IMG/VR virus record: IMGVR_UViG_3300036851_000065
Coordinates: 1-54,144 of that record
Direction: 5' to 3' (one strand)
DNA from: a virus
Lineage: Duplodnaviria; Caudoviricetes
DNA length: 54,144 nucleotides
The notes under the pieces were generated by a model. The model searched no databases. It was not told the origin of the DNA and worked only from the letters and a program-made list of their open reading frames with translations. The position numbers were made by a program, and so were the translations under genes. Below, in pieces: positions 6,556 to 16,477 of the stretch. Position 1 is the stretch's first letter. Every line of letters starts with the position of its first letter.

Positions 6556-6627
6556 CGGTGGGTGATTTGGTAATCTAGTTAGTTTCATACGCTGGCTGAG
6601 AGAGTTCGATTCTCTCCCTACCGACCA
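6556..6627 (+). tRNA. Compact tRNA(CAU) (Met or Ile2) with shortened D arm
   Basis: CGGTGGG/CCTACCG acceptor, loop TTCATAC, GAGAG-TTCGATT-CTCTC, ACCA end; 72 nt. Confidence 0.75.
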
Positions 6628-6638
6628 TATAAGAAAGG

Positions 6639-6672
6639 ACGGGTCAGATTTTTCTGGCCCGTTTTTATTTTT
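6639..6672 (+). terminator. Intrinsic terminator closing the tRNA cluster
   Basis: ACGGGTCAGA-TTTT-TCTGGCCCGT + T tract. Confidence 0.85.
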
Positions 6673-6694
6673 GCCCAAAATCAGGAGTTTATTA

Positions 6695-7366
6695 ATGAAT
6701 GATGATAATGTAATTGAGCTAATAACACCGGCTCGATTAAATAGGATGCGGAATCTAAAACCATATCGTGGAAAAACGGATGAAGAACTTATCGAGATTA
6801 TTAAAAATCGACCAGCGCGCACACCGACTATAAGAAAAAAATCCGCGCAAGATTATGACACAGTGTTTGCAGAGCGGCTTGCTGTTCTACAAAAAGAATT
6901 CGCTGTAGACATGAATCAGTCTAACGATGTTGAGACTCTAAAGAGCTTGGTGCGTCACCAAATTCAGTTAGAGAAAGTTAACACTGATATTGATACTGTA
7001 CAACGTAAAGACTCTCTCACTGTTGACGACTACAAGAATTTAAAGGCCCTCGGCGATTTCCAGAGAACGATCACAACCTCTGTCAATGAGTTTCAAGATA
7101 AGCTTGGTATTTCTCGTAAGCAACGAAAAGAAAAAGCCATTGACGATATCCCTAAATGGATTGACAGCACGCTAGAAAAGGCGGCAAATTTTTTTGAGCG
7201 AAAAACTACAGTAATTACGTGCCCTAAATGCAAGATTGAGTTGGGACGTTTTTGGCTCAATTTTAGAAATTCTACGGGACTTGTAAGTGGTGAGGTCTTA
7301 AATAATAGTATGGAGCTTAGTCTTCAATGCTGGAAATGTGAGGAACAGGTAGAACATATACAATGA
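6695..7366 (+). CDS. Putative terminase small subunit
   Basis: Overlaps the large terminase start, helical, C-terminal CPKC...CWKC; AGGAG RBS. Confidence 0.6.
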   Translation: MNDDNVIELITPARLNRMRNLKPYRGKTDEELIEIIKNRPARTPTIRKKSAQDYDTVFAERLAVLQKEFAVDMNQSNDVETLKSLVRHQIQLEKVNTDIDTVQRKDSLTVDDYKNLKALGDFQRTITTSVNEFQDKLGISRKQRKEKAIDDIPKWIDSTLEKAANFFERKTTVITCPKCKIELGRFWLNFRNSTGLVSGEVLNNSMELSLQCWKCEEQVEHIQ

Positions 7367-8922
7367 CAGATCAAGAGTGGGCGTTAACCGAAATATTGAA
7401 AAACCCTGTTATGTTCAGGGAATTCATCAATGAGGATAACCCTGACTGGACAGAATTAGAGGACCATGAAAGAGCATGGACTAGTTGTACTGCGCCATAT
7501 CTTGCGATGTGCTGCGGTCGAGGCGTTCACAAAACTACCACTATGATCGAAATGCTTTATTATTGGATGATTAACAAGATGCATATTCCGGGTGATCCGG
7601 GGCTGCTTGTATACGTACCTAATAAGGCGCAGAAGGATTCTATCTTTCCACGAATCAAGTCAGCTTGTACTGAACACTGGTTAATAAATAAATTCGTTAG
7701 GGGAATCAACGTTCAAGAGGGCCGCATTGATTTTCTTAATGGCTTTACTTTTATTTTAAGAATAGCTGGTAGCGAAGGGAAAGAAGCTAATGTTATTTCT
7801 ATTCACACAGCACGTATTTGGGTAGACGAGGCCCAAGACTTTCCTTGGCGATCATGGCAGTCTCTTGATAATGTTCTAAAGTTTGATATTCCGTGGCACA
7901 TGCTTTGGGTTTCGGGTGTTCCAAATGGTGAACGACAGAATAATGTTCTTTATCAATGTGATATGGAAGACGAGAAATACGAGTCCTTTAACATAGCACA
8001 AACTATGATGAGTTGGTGGACGGCTGATCTAGCGTACGAGAGACGCAAAAGATATAACGCTGTTCAAGAGGATAGCGAGGATTATAAGCACTATGTACTT
8101 GGACAGCACGGAGTCCCTACCTACTCAGTATTTGATCGAATACGCTTCTTAAAAGAAAGCTTCGAAACTCGTAGAGATGTGTTTACTCAGGCTATGTTTG
8201 ATAAGAACAGACGAGAAGAAGTGTATTACATCAACGAGACTGTTATGTGTCCCCCCTTGCCTATGGATTTTAATATCAAACCTAAAGTAGTTCTTGGATA
8301 TGACGTTGGATACTCTCCCGATCCGGCTGTATTTTTTGTTATGTACCAAGACCCAAAAAACGGTGTATGGAGAAACCTTTTACGTGTCGTGTTACAGAGA
8401 GTTGAGTACGCACTTCAACGAGAAACTTTATTGTATTTAGATACTGTATATGGGTTTGACGCTATTGGTATAGACATGGGCGGACCGGGCAAAGTTGTGT
8501 ATCAAGAACTTACAACTGAATTAGCTACAAAGGTTTATCGTGATCGGCTATACAAGGATCGAATATTCCCCGTGGAGTTCGGGGGCCGAATGACTGTTGC
8601 TCTACAAGATGAAGATAATGATGTTATAGAAAAGAAAGATAATATTAAACGAGTTGCGGTAGAGACAGTATCTAGATGGGTTCACGAACACAGATTTGCA
8701 TTTTCTGATCAGGATAATAACTTAATGGAAGAACTTGAAAGAACGAAATTCTCTCGTACAGCTACGGGAGAACCTGTTTATAAAACAAATGATGACCACC
8801 AATTTGCTGCAATGATGTGCGCAGTAATGGCGTGGGAACATTATTTTGGCACACCGCTGGCTTTCCTAAAGCCAGAACTTAAACCTAAGTTAGTAACTGC
8901 TAAGTGGTTGACCACTAGTTAA
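7363..8922 (+). CDS. terL: Terminase large subunit
   Basis: Walker A-like GRGVHKTT, Walker B IWVDEAQD, coupling motif SGVP, nuclease VLGYDVG...DDH. Confidence 0.88.
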   Translation: MTDQEWALTEILKNPVMFREFINEDNPDWTELEDHERAWTSCTAPYLAMCCGRGVHKTTTMIEMLYYWMINKMHIPGDPGLLVYVPNKAQKDSIFPRIKSACTEHWLINKFVRGINVQEGRIDFLNGFTFILRIAGSEGKEANVISIHTARIWVDEAQDFPWRSWQSLDNVLKFDIPWHMLWVSGVPNGERQNNVLYQCDMEDEKYESFNIAQTMMSWWTADLAYERRKRYNAVQEDSEDYKHYVLGQHGVPTYSVFDRIRFLKESFETRRDVFTQAMFDKNRREEVYYINETVMCPPLPMDFNIKPKVVLGYDVGYSPDPAVFFVMYQDPKNGVWRNLLRVVLQRVEYALQRETLLYLDTVYGFDAIGIDMGGPGKVVYQELTTELATKVYRDRLYKDRIFPVEFGGRMTVALQDEDNDVIEKKDNIKRVAVETVSRWVHEHRFAFSDQDNNLMEELERTKFSRTATGEPVYKTNDDHQFAAMMCAVMAWEHYFGTPLAFLKPELKPKLVTAKWLTTS

Positions 8923-8933
8923 GTGGGAGTATT

Positions 8934-10655
8934 ATGACAGATGAAATAGAAACCAAAAGGGAAAAGCTACATGTAGCCGAAGCTTCATTTGGAATGGGGA
9001 GCCACTCACCTTTTGGTGAAACGCTTGGAAGCTTTTTTATGCCAAATGGCGCTGATGTAAATGCCACGCTTGGATTAACGCCTGAAAAGCTATTCGTTCC
9101 TAAAGAATATCATGCCGTTCTTAGATTATGCTATGACTTCTATCAGAGGGGTGGAGTTGTAGGAACAGTTATGAATAGGTTGTCCGAGTTTACAATCACT
9201 GATCTAAGAAATGGTCAGCGAGAAACCTCCGATGAAGCTAACCAGTATTTCCAGTCCGTGCTGCATGATAGCCCGTCAAGACTGATGAGATTTCTTCGTA
9301 CTGCCGCGCTAGAGTATTTTCTATCAGGCATGGTACTTCCTAAAGTAGAGTGGGAAGAAATACCCGGAGAAGATATCCATCCCGATCTAAAGACTAACAA
9401 GGTTTATGAAATGCCTGTGTTTGATTTATTTCCACCACAACTAGTAGAAATAACATGGGCTGGATGGGGTAAGAAAAAGTACTGGCTAAAGCTTCCTGAA
9501 AAAGATGTTCGTATGGTTAAAAATCAGGGAGGTAGAATCAAGGAACAACAATTAAAGTATCAAGCATGGGTAGAGAACTATCCTAGTTTTGTTACATTAA
9601 TCCAATCGGGAGCGGATAAGATTGACTTACTTAAAGTAGAACCTACCCTTGATCCTATACTGAGAAAAGAATTATCTATCTCTCAGTACCCAACCCCATA
9701 TCTATTTCCTGTGCTAGAGCCTCTTATCTTCAAACAGCAACTTAGACGGATGGATTTCGCGGTGGCCGCTCGGGTTATTAACGCGGTTCTCTTGGTGCAG
9801 GAAGGTGATAAAGACTTCCCACTGACTGAGGATAATAAGGATAATCTAGACAAGTTAAAGGAACAAATCTTAGCTCGGTCTGGAAATCCTCTACAAATGG
9901 AAAGACTGTTTATCCTGTTTAGCAATCATACAACTAAGATGACGTGGATTACTCCTGATGTATCTGCGATGCTGGACCAAGATAAATACAGACAGGTAAA
10001 TGAGGAACTAGAGCAAGGTCTTGGATTTACAGGCATCTTGCTTACAGGTGAATCTAGACAGGCTCAGGCATCCGAAGTTTCAACGTGGGCTATTCAGCCT
10101 CAGATGGAAGAATTTAGATCAATGCTTATTGAATGGGTATCTGATCTTTATATCGAAGCTGCTAAGAGAAATAAGTTTAGAAAATTTCCTGTTCCTCAGT
10201 TTAAGCCTATTAAGCTTCAAGACTTCGTAAAAACTGCTGCTGTATTTGCTGCTCTGTTTGCTGAGGGTAATGTTAGTCGAACAACACGAACAGATATGGC
10301 AGGCATCGACTTTGAAACAGAGGCCGAATTAATGAAGGATGAAGAGGAAATAGCTGCTGGACTTCCCGCGTATACACCTACTCCGTATAGCCCGCCACCG
10401 CCAATGATAGGACAAGGTAAACCGGGTCGCCCACAGGGATCACAAAATGTTCCTGTCAATAACAGAAATTCGGGAGTTAAACCTAAAGGACAAAAACCTC
10501 TATCATCTGTTAAAGCTTCAACCTTTCCTCGGCAAGCTGATAGATTTAAGGCAATTGAACTTATGGAGGATGAAGAATTAATAGGACTAATCAATAGGAT
10601 TGCAGAAGATAGAGGATTAATTATTACTCCTGATGATGTAATTGATAAAGACTAA
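8934..10655 (+). CDS. Portal protein
   Basis: 573 aa immediately after TerL; helical with low-complexity C-terminal tail. Confidence 0.8.
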   Translation: MTDEIETKREKLHVAEASFGMGSHSPFGETLGSFFMPNGADVNATLGLTPEKLFVPKEYHAVLRLCYDFYQRGGVVGTVMNRLSEFTITDLRNGQRETSDEANQYFQSVLHDSPSRLMRFLRTAALEYFLSGMVLPKVEWEEIPGEDIHPDLKTNKVYEMPVFDLFPPQLVEITWAGWGKKKYWLKLPEKDVRMVKNQGGRIKEQQLKYQAWVENYPSFVTLIQSGADKIDLLKVEPTLDPILRKELSISQYPTPYLFPVLEPLIFKQQLRRMDFAVAARVINAVLLVQEGDKDFPLTEDNKDNLDKLKEQILARSGNPLQMERLFILFSNHTTKMTWITPDVSAMLDQDKYRQVNEELEQGLGFTGILLTGESRQAQASEVSTWAIQPQMEEFRSMLIEWVSDLYIEAAKRNKFRKFPVPQFKPIKLQDFVKTAAVFAALFAEGNVSRTTRTDMAGIDFETEAELMKDEEEIAAGLPAYTPTPYSPPPPMIGQGKPGRPQGSQNVPVNNRNSGVKPKGQKPLSSVKASTFPRQADRFKAIELMEDEELIGLINRIAEDRGLIITPDDVIDKD

Positions 10656-10684
10656 GCCCACAAATGAGATTATGCGAGTGTTAA

Positions 10685-10957
10685 ATGGTGGAATATCCAA
10701 TCATGGTTGTCATTTGGGAGGACCATGTAACTAAAATAGCGTCAGACATACCTAAAAATCCAGATGATTTAATAGGATTCCCGACCATAACGGTCGGTTT
10801 TTTATTATCTGAATCCGATAGATTTTATTTATTAGCACACGATATAGAGCGGTACGAAGAGCATGATGAAAGTACCTATACTATTATTCTTAAAAGTGCT
10901 GTTATTAGTACTAATAGCTACGGGAGTATACCATTAGATGAAATACGATTTACGTAA
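10685..10957 (+). CDS. Hypothetical phage protein
   Basis: V.WEDH...TVGFLL.E motif typical of small phage proteins. Confidence 0.6.
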   Translation: MVEYPIMVVIWEDHVTKIASDIPKNPDDLIGFPTITVGFLLSESDRFYLLAHDIERYEEHDESTYTIILKSAVISTNSYGSIPLDEIRFT

Positions 10958-10969
10958 AGGGGGTGTCAC

Positions 10970-12082
10970 ATGCCAGCGTTTCGATTTGAAACTGCGATTT
11001 CGGAACTAATTGACGTTCCCGCAGAAGAGGGTAGACACCCATTAATTACTACAGCTAAGTTTATCTTTGCGGATGATCGTCCTAACGGAAATAAACAGGC
11101 TGTTCCTTTTGAAGAGTTTGAAAATATTGCTAAAAGCGTTATAGGAATGCCTGTAAAGATTAACTTTAAGGGCTTTAGTGCAAAGGATCATGCTGGTTCT
11201 CAGCCCATCGGACATATTAAAAAGATGGATATTATTACATCTGAGGACGGATCATATCACCAGCTAGTCGCTGAGGCGTCACTTTGGACTCATGAGTTCC
11301 CTGAAATCGTTACATGGTTAAAGGATGCGTGGGCTAGTGGGGAAGCTCCGGGCATTTCTTGGGAATTATTATATAGAGAGAGTTCTATTAGAGAGGGTAT
11401 CGAGTGGCTTAGGGGCGTTATTGCATCAGCCGCAACATTTGTTGAATCTCCGGCCTATGGACCAAGAACAGCTTTACTTGCTCTCGCGTCTATCAAAAAT
11501 CCAGAACAGTATGGGGATAATATAGCACAGAATTTAATTGCTTTGGCTGAGCAGTTTAAGAGTGCGCCCAAAAATGATAAACCAAAGCCAAAGGGAGGTA
11601 ATAGAATGACTGAAGAGGAAATCAAGCAATTACAGGAAGCTTTAGCAGCTAAAACTACTGAGGCTAGTACAAAAGCTGATGAAATTAAAAAGCTTTTGGA
11701 AGAAATTGCTACTAAGGACGGCGAAATTACAGAACTACAGGGTACGGTTACTTCATTACAGACAGCCGCTCTAATTGATGATCGAGTTAGAAAGTATACA
11801 GAAGTTGTTGGACCACTGCCAGCCGAAGCCAGCGAAGCTGATAAAGTAAAGAATTTATTTGCTACATTTAATGATGAGCAATTTGAATATCACCTTGAAC
11901 AGCTTGGCAATCTAAAAAAGAGCCTAACACCAACACCTAGTGCAGCGGAAGCGGCATTAAAGACTGCTCAGGCATCTAGACGAGGTATTGAGGTACCAAA
12001 ACTAGACCCGCCAACTACATTAACATACGATACTTTGCGCTCAGGTCTTAAAAGCTTAGCGCGACCAAATTCTGCCGAATAA
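10970..12082 (+). CDS. Prohead protease-scaffold fusion
   Basis: N.N motif, H...PIG, GISWE, V..PAY protease-like motifs; C-terminal coiled coil. Confidence 0.8.
   Translation: MPAFRFETAISELIDVPAEEGRHPLITTAKFIFADDRPNGNKQAVPFEEFENIAKSVIGMPVKINFKGFSAKDHAGSQPIGHIKKMDIITSEDGSYHQLVAEASLWTHEFPEIVTWLKDAWASGEAPGISWELLYRESSIREGIEWLRGVIASAATFVESPAYGPRTALLALASIKNPEQYGDNIAQNLIALAEQFKSAPKNDKPKPKGGNRMTEEEIKQLQEALAAKTTEASTKADEIKKLLEEIATKDGEITELQGTVTSLQTAALIDDRVRKYTEVVGPLPAEASEADKVKNLFATFNDEQFEYHLEQLGNLKKSLTPTPSAAEAALKTAQASRRGIEVPKLDPPTTLTYDTLRSGLKSLARPNSAE
11606..12082 (+). CDS. Nested scaffolding protein (internal in-frame start)
   Basis: GGAGGT RBS inside the protease gene before in-frame ATG (MTEEEIKQLQ...). 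Confidence 0.65.
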   Translation: MTEEEIKQLQEALAAKTTEASTKADEIKKLLEEIATKDGEITELQGTVTSLQTAALIDDRVRKYTEVVGPLPAEASEADKVKNLFATFNDEQFEYHLEQLGNLKKSLTPTPSAAEAALKTAQASRRGIEVPKLDPPTTLTYDTLRSGLKSLARPNSAE

Positions 12083-12100
12083 GGAGGTTAGCAAAATACA

Positions 12101-12736
12101 ATGGTTGATGCAATTAACACTGGAAATCCAGTAAAGAGTACCTTCATTGTCAACAAGTATGCGGACATTGATGGAGGAAGAACTGCTCAGGAAACTCCAA
12201 GAGGAAGACTTTGCTTTAGAGCAACTAACGGTAGACTTACTCTACCTACGACTATAGCACAGGCTAGACTTGCAGTTTTCCCTGTAGATTGGGCTAAGCC
12301 ACTAAATCCGCCTCCTTATTGGGATGGTCCGGGTCTAAATGGTAATCCAATTTACGGTGTAAATGATGGTTCATTCAATGAACAGGAAGCCGATTTCGCA
12401 ATTGACCCTGATTCAGCATTCCAAACACCTTGGCCCGCAGCTATTAAGCAGTATGATCTTCCACCGTCTTTATACAATAATCCTGTTACTTCTGGTAACA
12501 AGTGCCTTGTTTATGACGAAGGAACATTTACTTATGGATCAGGTAACTATTCAGGCGATATTGTTCAATTCGCCCCTGCCTCATTAATCTACACGGACTA
12601 TAGTTCAGGTAATGAGGGAAAAATCACTGTATCAGGTGTTGCTGCTGGTAATACAGCAGTAGGGCATGTTACACAAGTCGATGTATTTGGAAAGAATACG
12701 GTTACAGTAAAACTTAAGGGCCACAACGCTCTATAA
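12101..12736 (+). CDS. Capsid decoration/cement protein (putative)
   Basis: Between scaffold and major capsid gene; beta/Gly-rich. Confidence 0.6.
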   Translation: MVDAINTGNPVKSTFIVNKYADIDGGRTAQETPRGRLCFRATNGRLTLPTTIAQARLAVFPVDWAKPLNPPPYWDGPGLNGNPIYGVNDGSFNEQEADFAIDPDSAFQTPWPAAIKQYDLPPSLYNNPVTSGNKCLVYDEGTFTYGSGNYSGDIVQFAPASLIYTDYSSGNEGKITVSGVAAGNTAVGHVTQVDVFGKNTVTVKLKGHNAL

Positions 12737-12768
12737 ATAATCTCTGTATAAAGGAGGGAATAAATCGA

Positions 12769-13779
12769 ATGCCAGCACCAATAGATACAAGACTAACAAC
12801 GGAGTACCGACAGGCACTTGCGGAGTTAGCACGCACAGACCGAGCAGCCTTTGCTGAGATTATTACAGAGTACGTTGACCCTGTTTATCTTTCAATGGAC
12901 CTTTTGGGTAACTTTATGACTACCCGAGAAATGAACTTTGGAGATATTCTTGTTAAAAGATTTAAGGGAAAGTACAATGTTCAGCAAATTGTTCCGGGTC
13001 AAATTACATTAGGCCAGCAAATTGTTGTACGAGATAAGGCGGTTTCTATGAACCTAGATATCTTGGCAGCAAAAGCTGAGTACAATGTACTTGAACTTGA
13101 ACACGGAGGTCCGAACTTTACGCCAGAACAGGTTAGAGCCGACGTACAGGCAGCACTTAGAGAAAAGTTGCTTATGAGAACTTGGAATGCGCTAGGAAAT
13201 ATCTGGTCTACAGGTAACTCTTCAGCACTAACAATTACAGGTTCAGGATCAAGCAACTGGATCAATGCCGCAGGTCCGTTGACTTCAACTATTCTTGACG
13301 CCGCTATTGATCACGTTAATTATTGGTCAGGAAAGGTCCGAGCAATTATCGGTACTGAAATTGCCCTAGCTCCACTAAGCGAGTTCGGCCAGTACAAGCT
13401 AATCTCAGGCTCAAATACTGATAATTTTGTTGCTATCAATGGTCAACCGGCAGGAACAATGCAAAACGTTTCTCCGTTTGGCTCAGGCTCAAAGGGTGTA
13501 GAAAGCTACAGAGGCGTAAGTAATATTGTTAGAATACCACAACTATTCGACAAGACAGAATATCCACCAGTCCCACTACTACCAACCGATTTCGTATTAG
13601 TTGTTGGAGAGGACGTAGGAGAGTTCATTACTTATGGCACTCCTCAAACTAAGGAATTTGTAGATAATAGACCAACTCCTCCTTACTGGAACTATGAAAC
13701 ATGGATTCAGTTCGGTATGATGATCTGGAATGCCAGAGGCATCGTTAAGATTGCTGGAATAACATCTACAACTCCATAA
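12769..13779 (+). CDS. Major capsid protein (HK97-fold, putative)
   Basis: 336 aa, strong AAGGAGG RBS, synteny, followed by a terminator. Confidence 0.8.
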   Translation: MPAPIDTRLTTEYRQALAELARTDRAAFAEIITEYVDPVYLSMDLLGNFMTTREMNFGDILVKRFKGKYNVQQIVPGQITLGQQIVVRDKAVSMNLDILAAKAEYNVLELEHGGPNFTPEQVRADVQAALREKLLMRTWNALGNIWSTGNSSALTITGSGSSNWINAAGPLTSTILDAAIDHVNYWSGKVRAIIGTEIALAPLSEFGQYKLISGSNTDNFVAINGQPAGTMQNVSPFGSGSKGVESYRGVSNIVRIPQLFDKTEYPPVPLLPTDFVLVVGEDVGEFITYGTPQTKEFVDNRPTPPYWNYETWIQFGMMIWNARGIVKIAGITSTTP

Positions 13780-13813
13780 TTTAGCCCGTAGCTGTCTCGT
13801 TTTGAGGGTTACT

Positions 13814-13862
13814 AAATGGGGCTATTGGTCTTTCAATAGGCTGATAGCCCCGTTTATTTTTG
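13814..13862 (+). terminator. Intrinsic terminator after major capsid gene
   Basis: ATGGGGCTATTGGTCT/AGGCTGATAGCCCCGT + T tract. Confidence 0.8.
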
Positions 13863-13922
13863 TTCCAGCCTACCTAGGCTTGGGTGTAGTTAAGCTACAG
13901 AAATAATAAGGAGAGAAAGAAA

Positions 13923-14369
13923 ATGACAGAACTAGAAAAATTATTCTTCTTCAAGAGAAATGTACCTTATACAGTGGGTACTAGACTTTATATAGGGGAT
14001 ACAATAGGTAAGGCTCTTACGGACCACAACCCGTATGTTGCTATTAAAGAAAGCGGATTGAGAGATTTTAAGCGTGCTAATAGAATAGCTCTAATGGAAG
14101 GTCTTATCATTGAAACAGGAGAACCGGGACTAGACGAAGAATCTCCTAACGCTATTAGCGATGAACAAGCTGAAGCTATTGTTAAGAATCTTCCAGCCTT
14201 AAAGAAAGCTCTTGCCGGAGTAACTTCTGCGGTACCTGTATATAAGCTTCTAGAAGAGGCTAAGTTTCAAAAGAGAAAGACAGCGATCATTGAGTTAATT
14301 GAAGAACGTTTGAAAGACTTCGTTCCCGAGGATGAGGTCCTTCCTGACGATATGCAATCTGCCTATTAA
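13923..14369 (+). CDS. Hypothetical head-associated protein
   Basis: Synteny; C-terminal E...KRKTAIIELIEERL helical motif. Confidence 0.6.
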   Translation: MTELEKLFFFKRNVPYTVGTRLYIGDTIGKALTDHNPYVAIKESGLRDFKRANRIALMEGLIIETGEPGLDEESPNAISDEQAEAIVKNLPALKKALAGVTSAVPVYKLLEEAKFQKRKTAIIELIEERLKDFVPEDEVLPDDMQSAY

Positions 14370-14383
14370 GGGAGTTGGAGTAA

Positions 14384-14830
14384 GTGAACCTATTAGATTT
14401 AGTTCCGGCGTTGGATCGACAACTACGACAGTATAAGGCTGCCAATGATACAGATTCAACCCTAGCTGCTTATCTTGCTGACGCTATAGAAGCGTTAGGT
14501 AATAGATGGACACGAGACTACCTAATAGAGTTCACTGCTCCGCTAACCTTTGAGGTAGAGCCTGAAATTACAGCGAAAGATAAACGACCAATTATTTTAG
14601 CTGCCTCAATTATTTATAAGTCAGCTAATGTAGATTTAGCAAGTATCAGGGATGGGGATTTCGCCTATGATCCACAGCAAGGTAGACAAAATCCTATTCA
14701 ACTTGATATACTTGAATTAGAAAAGACGGTCCCACTATACCCTAAATTAGCGCAAGCATCTACTGCTCCAATGAGGGGATACAGCAACATCTGGAATCCA
14801 GAAAGCTACTTATTTAGGTCAATAATTTAA
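14384..14830 (+). CDS. Head-tail adaptor (putative)
   Basis: Helical D..L..YL.DA pattern plus SIRDGDFAYD hairpin; synteny. Confidence 0.6.
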   Translation: MNLLDLVPALDRQLRQYKAANDTDSTLAAYLADAIEALGNRWTRDYLIEFTAPLTFEVEPEITAKDKRPIILAASIIYKSANVDLASIRDGDFAYDPQQGRQNPIQLDILELEKTVPLYPKLAQASTAPMRGYSNIWNPESYLFRSII

Positions 14831-14839
14831 GGGGAACCA

Positions 14840-15487
14840 GTGACTATAATAGCGATTCCTACCTATTATGGTGGGCAACTCGTGGGGAACTGCATACAAA
14901 GTATTCTTAAAAATGTGCGGAATCCTGAGATAATTGTATACAAAAATGACGTGGGTTGGTTACAGGCTTGTAATAAAATGATGCAAGATACCAAAGATGA
15001 TATCATTCTCTTAAATGATGACACGATAGTAACCACCGATATAGTCTATGAAATGAATCTCTTAGCTAGTTATGATAGCGCCATAGGAATTATTGGGGGT
15101 AAGGCCCTTTCTCCGAATGGAGAAACTGTTATTAATTATGGAATCAATATCTCCGTGGATGGTAACACAGGGCACAGGTTCTTTGGCGAATCTAAAGATT
15201 CCGTTAAACTTATTGAAAAGCAAAGGGCTGTTGAAGGTTCTTGTATGTTTATTCGGAGAAATCTAATTGATGTATTATTATTTGATGAAAAATACGGCAT
15301 GGGATATCGAGCCGAAGTTGATTATTGTTTTAGAGCTAGAGAGTTAGGATTTGACGTGGTATCGTGTGCTAAGGCAGAATATATACACCTAGTCTCGCAA
15401 ACGGCTAGTAGATTAGGTATAGAAAACGACACACACGGCATATTTATGAAGGAATGGGGAGCTAAATTAAAGCTCGGCAAAATCTAA
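14840..15487 (+). CDS. Glycosyltransferase, GT-A fold (GT2-like)
   Basis: IAIPTY..NCIQSI, ACNKMM..DDIILLNDD, GSCMFIRR, EVDYCFRA. Confidence 0.9.
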   Translation: MTIIAIPTYYGGQLVGNCIQSILKNVRNPEIIVYKNDVGWLQACNKMMQDTKDDIILLNDDTIVTTDIVYEMNLLASYDSAIGIIGGKALSPNGETVINYGINISVDGNTGHRFFGESKDSVKLIEKQRAVEGSCMFIRRNLIDVLLFDEKYGMGYRAEVDYCFRARELGFDVVSCAKAEYIHLVSQTASRLGIENDTHGIFMKEWGAKLKLGKI

Positions 15488-15502
15488 GGAAAGGTATAAG
15501 GA

Positions 15503-16474
15503 ATGGCAGTTAAAGCAATAGGTGATACAGCTATCTTCTATGGAGATAAGCAAAATGAATGGTACGATAATGGCGCTTGGATGACCTTATTAGATATTCC
15601 TTGGCTAAAAAAAATTGAGGAAGCACAGCTATACAAGACAGTGATTCGAACGCTGTGGTTGGAGTCTATCGGGTGGAGCAAAAAAATCAAAGAAGATTCC
15701 CCCGAAATAACCTTGATAGGTTTGATAGACCATCCTCTTAGTACTCATATTTCTAAATTATCTGCCGTGCAGCAGCACGCTTTCTTGGCTGATCTGGAAT
15801 ATCTAGATGGAATTATGACGCTAACAGAAGAAGAACGTCAGTGGTATCAGACAGCTATACCTTCCAAACCTGTAGAAAAGGTGGGCCTACCTTTTCCTTT
15901 TGAATCTTATGAGAAACGATTTGGCAGTTATAGAGAAAATAAGAAAGAGTTCATTGGTTTAGGTGTAGGTGCAGCGGACAATGATAGGAACTTCATAAGT
16001 AATCTTATGGCTTTTCGCCGACTTCAATTACAACGGCCAGAGCTTAAAGGAGTTATCTTGTCTGTTCCAGATCAGTTAATACCTTATTGTACCTATTGGG
16101 CAAGTAACATAGATAATGTTTTCGTGCATGAGCGTGAAGATATGCCAGAATTTTATGATGTTTTATCGCGCTGCCAATTCGTTATTAATCTTGCTGATAG
16201 AAACACGCCGGGTAGAATTCAAGGGGAAGCTGCCTTTTTTGAAGTACCTGTAATTGGCTCTAATCGACTAGAGTTACAGGAAGAGTTATTTCCTATATTA
16301 TCAGTAAAGCCCTACGAGCTAGAGAACGTAGTTAAAGTTGCTGAATACTTACTTGATGATCCCGATGCCTCTAAAAAGATCGGGCAGAAAGCTAGAAAAA
16401 CGCTCCATAGGTATGATTTTAAACACAGTAAAGAAAGATATGGTAAGCTACTTAACAGAATAAAGGAGCGATAA
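15503..16474 (+). CDS. Glycosyltransferase, GT-B fold (GT4-like)
   Basis: C-terminal FVINL...TPGRIQGEAAFFEVPVIGS...IGQKARK. Confidence 0.8.
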   Translation: MAVKAIGDTAIFYGDKQNEWYDNGAWMTLLDIPWLKKIEEAQLYKTVIRTLWLESIGWSKKIKEDSPEITLIGLIDHPLSTHISKLSAVQQHAFLADLEYLDGIMTLTEEERQWYQTAIPSKPVEKVGLPFPFESYEKRFGSYRENKKEFIGLGVGAADNDRNFISNLMAFRRLQLQRPELKGVILSVPDQLIPYCTYWASNIDNVFVHEREDMPEFYDVLSRCQFVINLADRNTPGRIQGEAAFFEVPVIGSNRLELQEELFPILSVKPYELENVVKVAEYLLDDPDASKKIGQKARKTLHRYDFKHSKERYGKLLNRIKER

Positions 16475-16477
16475 TGG

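Noticed and set aside
5210-6822. Minus-strand ORFs 5210-5449, 5575-5796 and 6514-6822
   Set aside because: Antisense shadows of tRNA genes and plus-strand ORFs.
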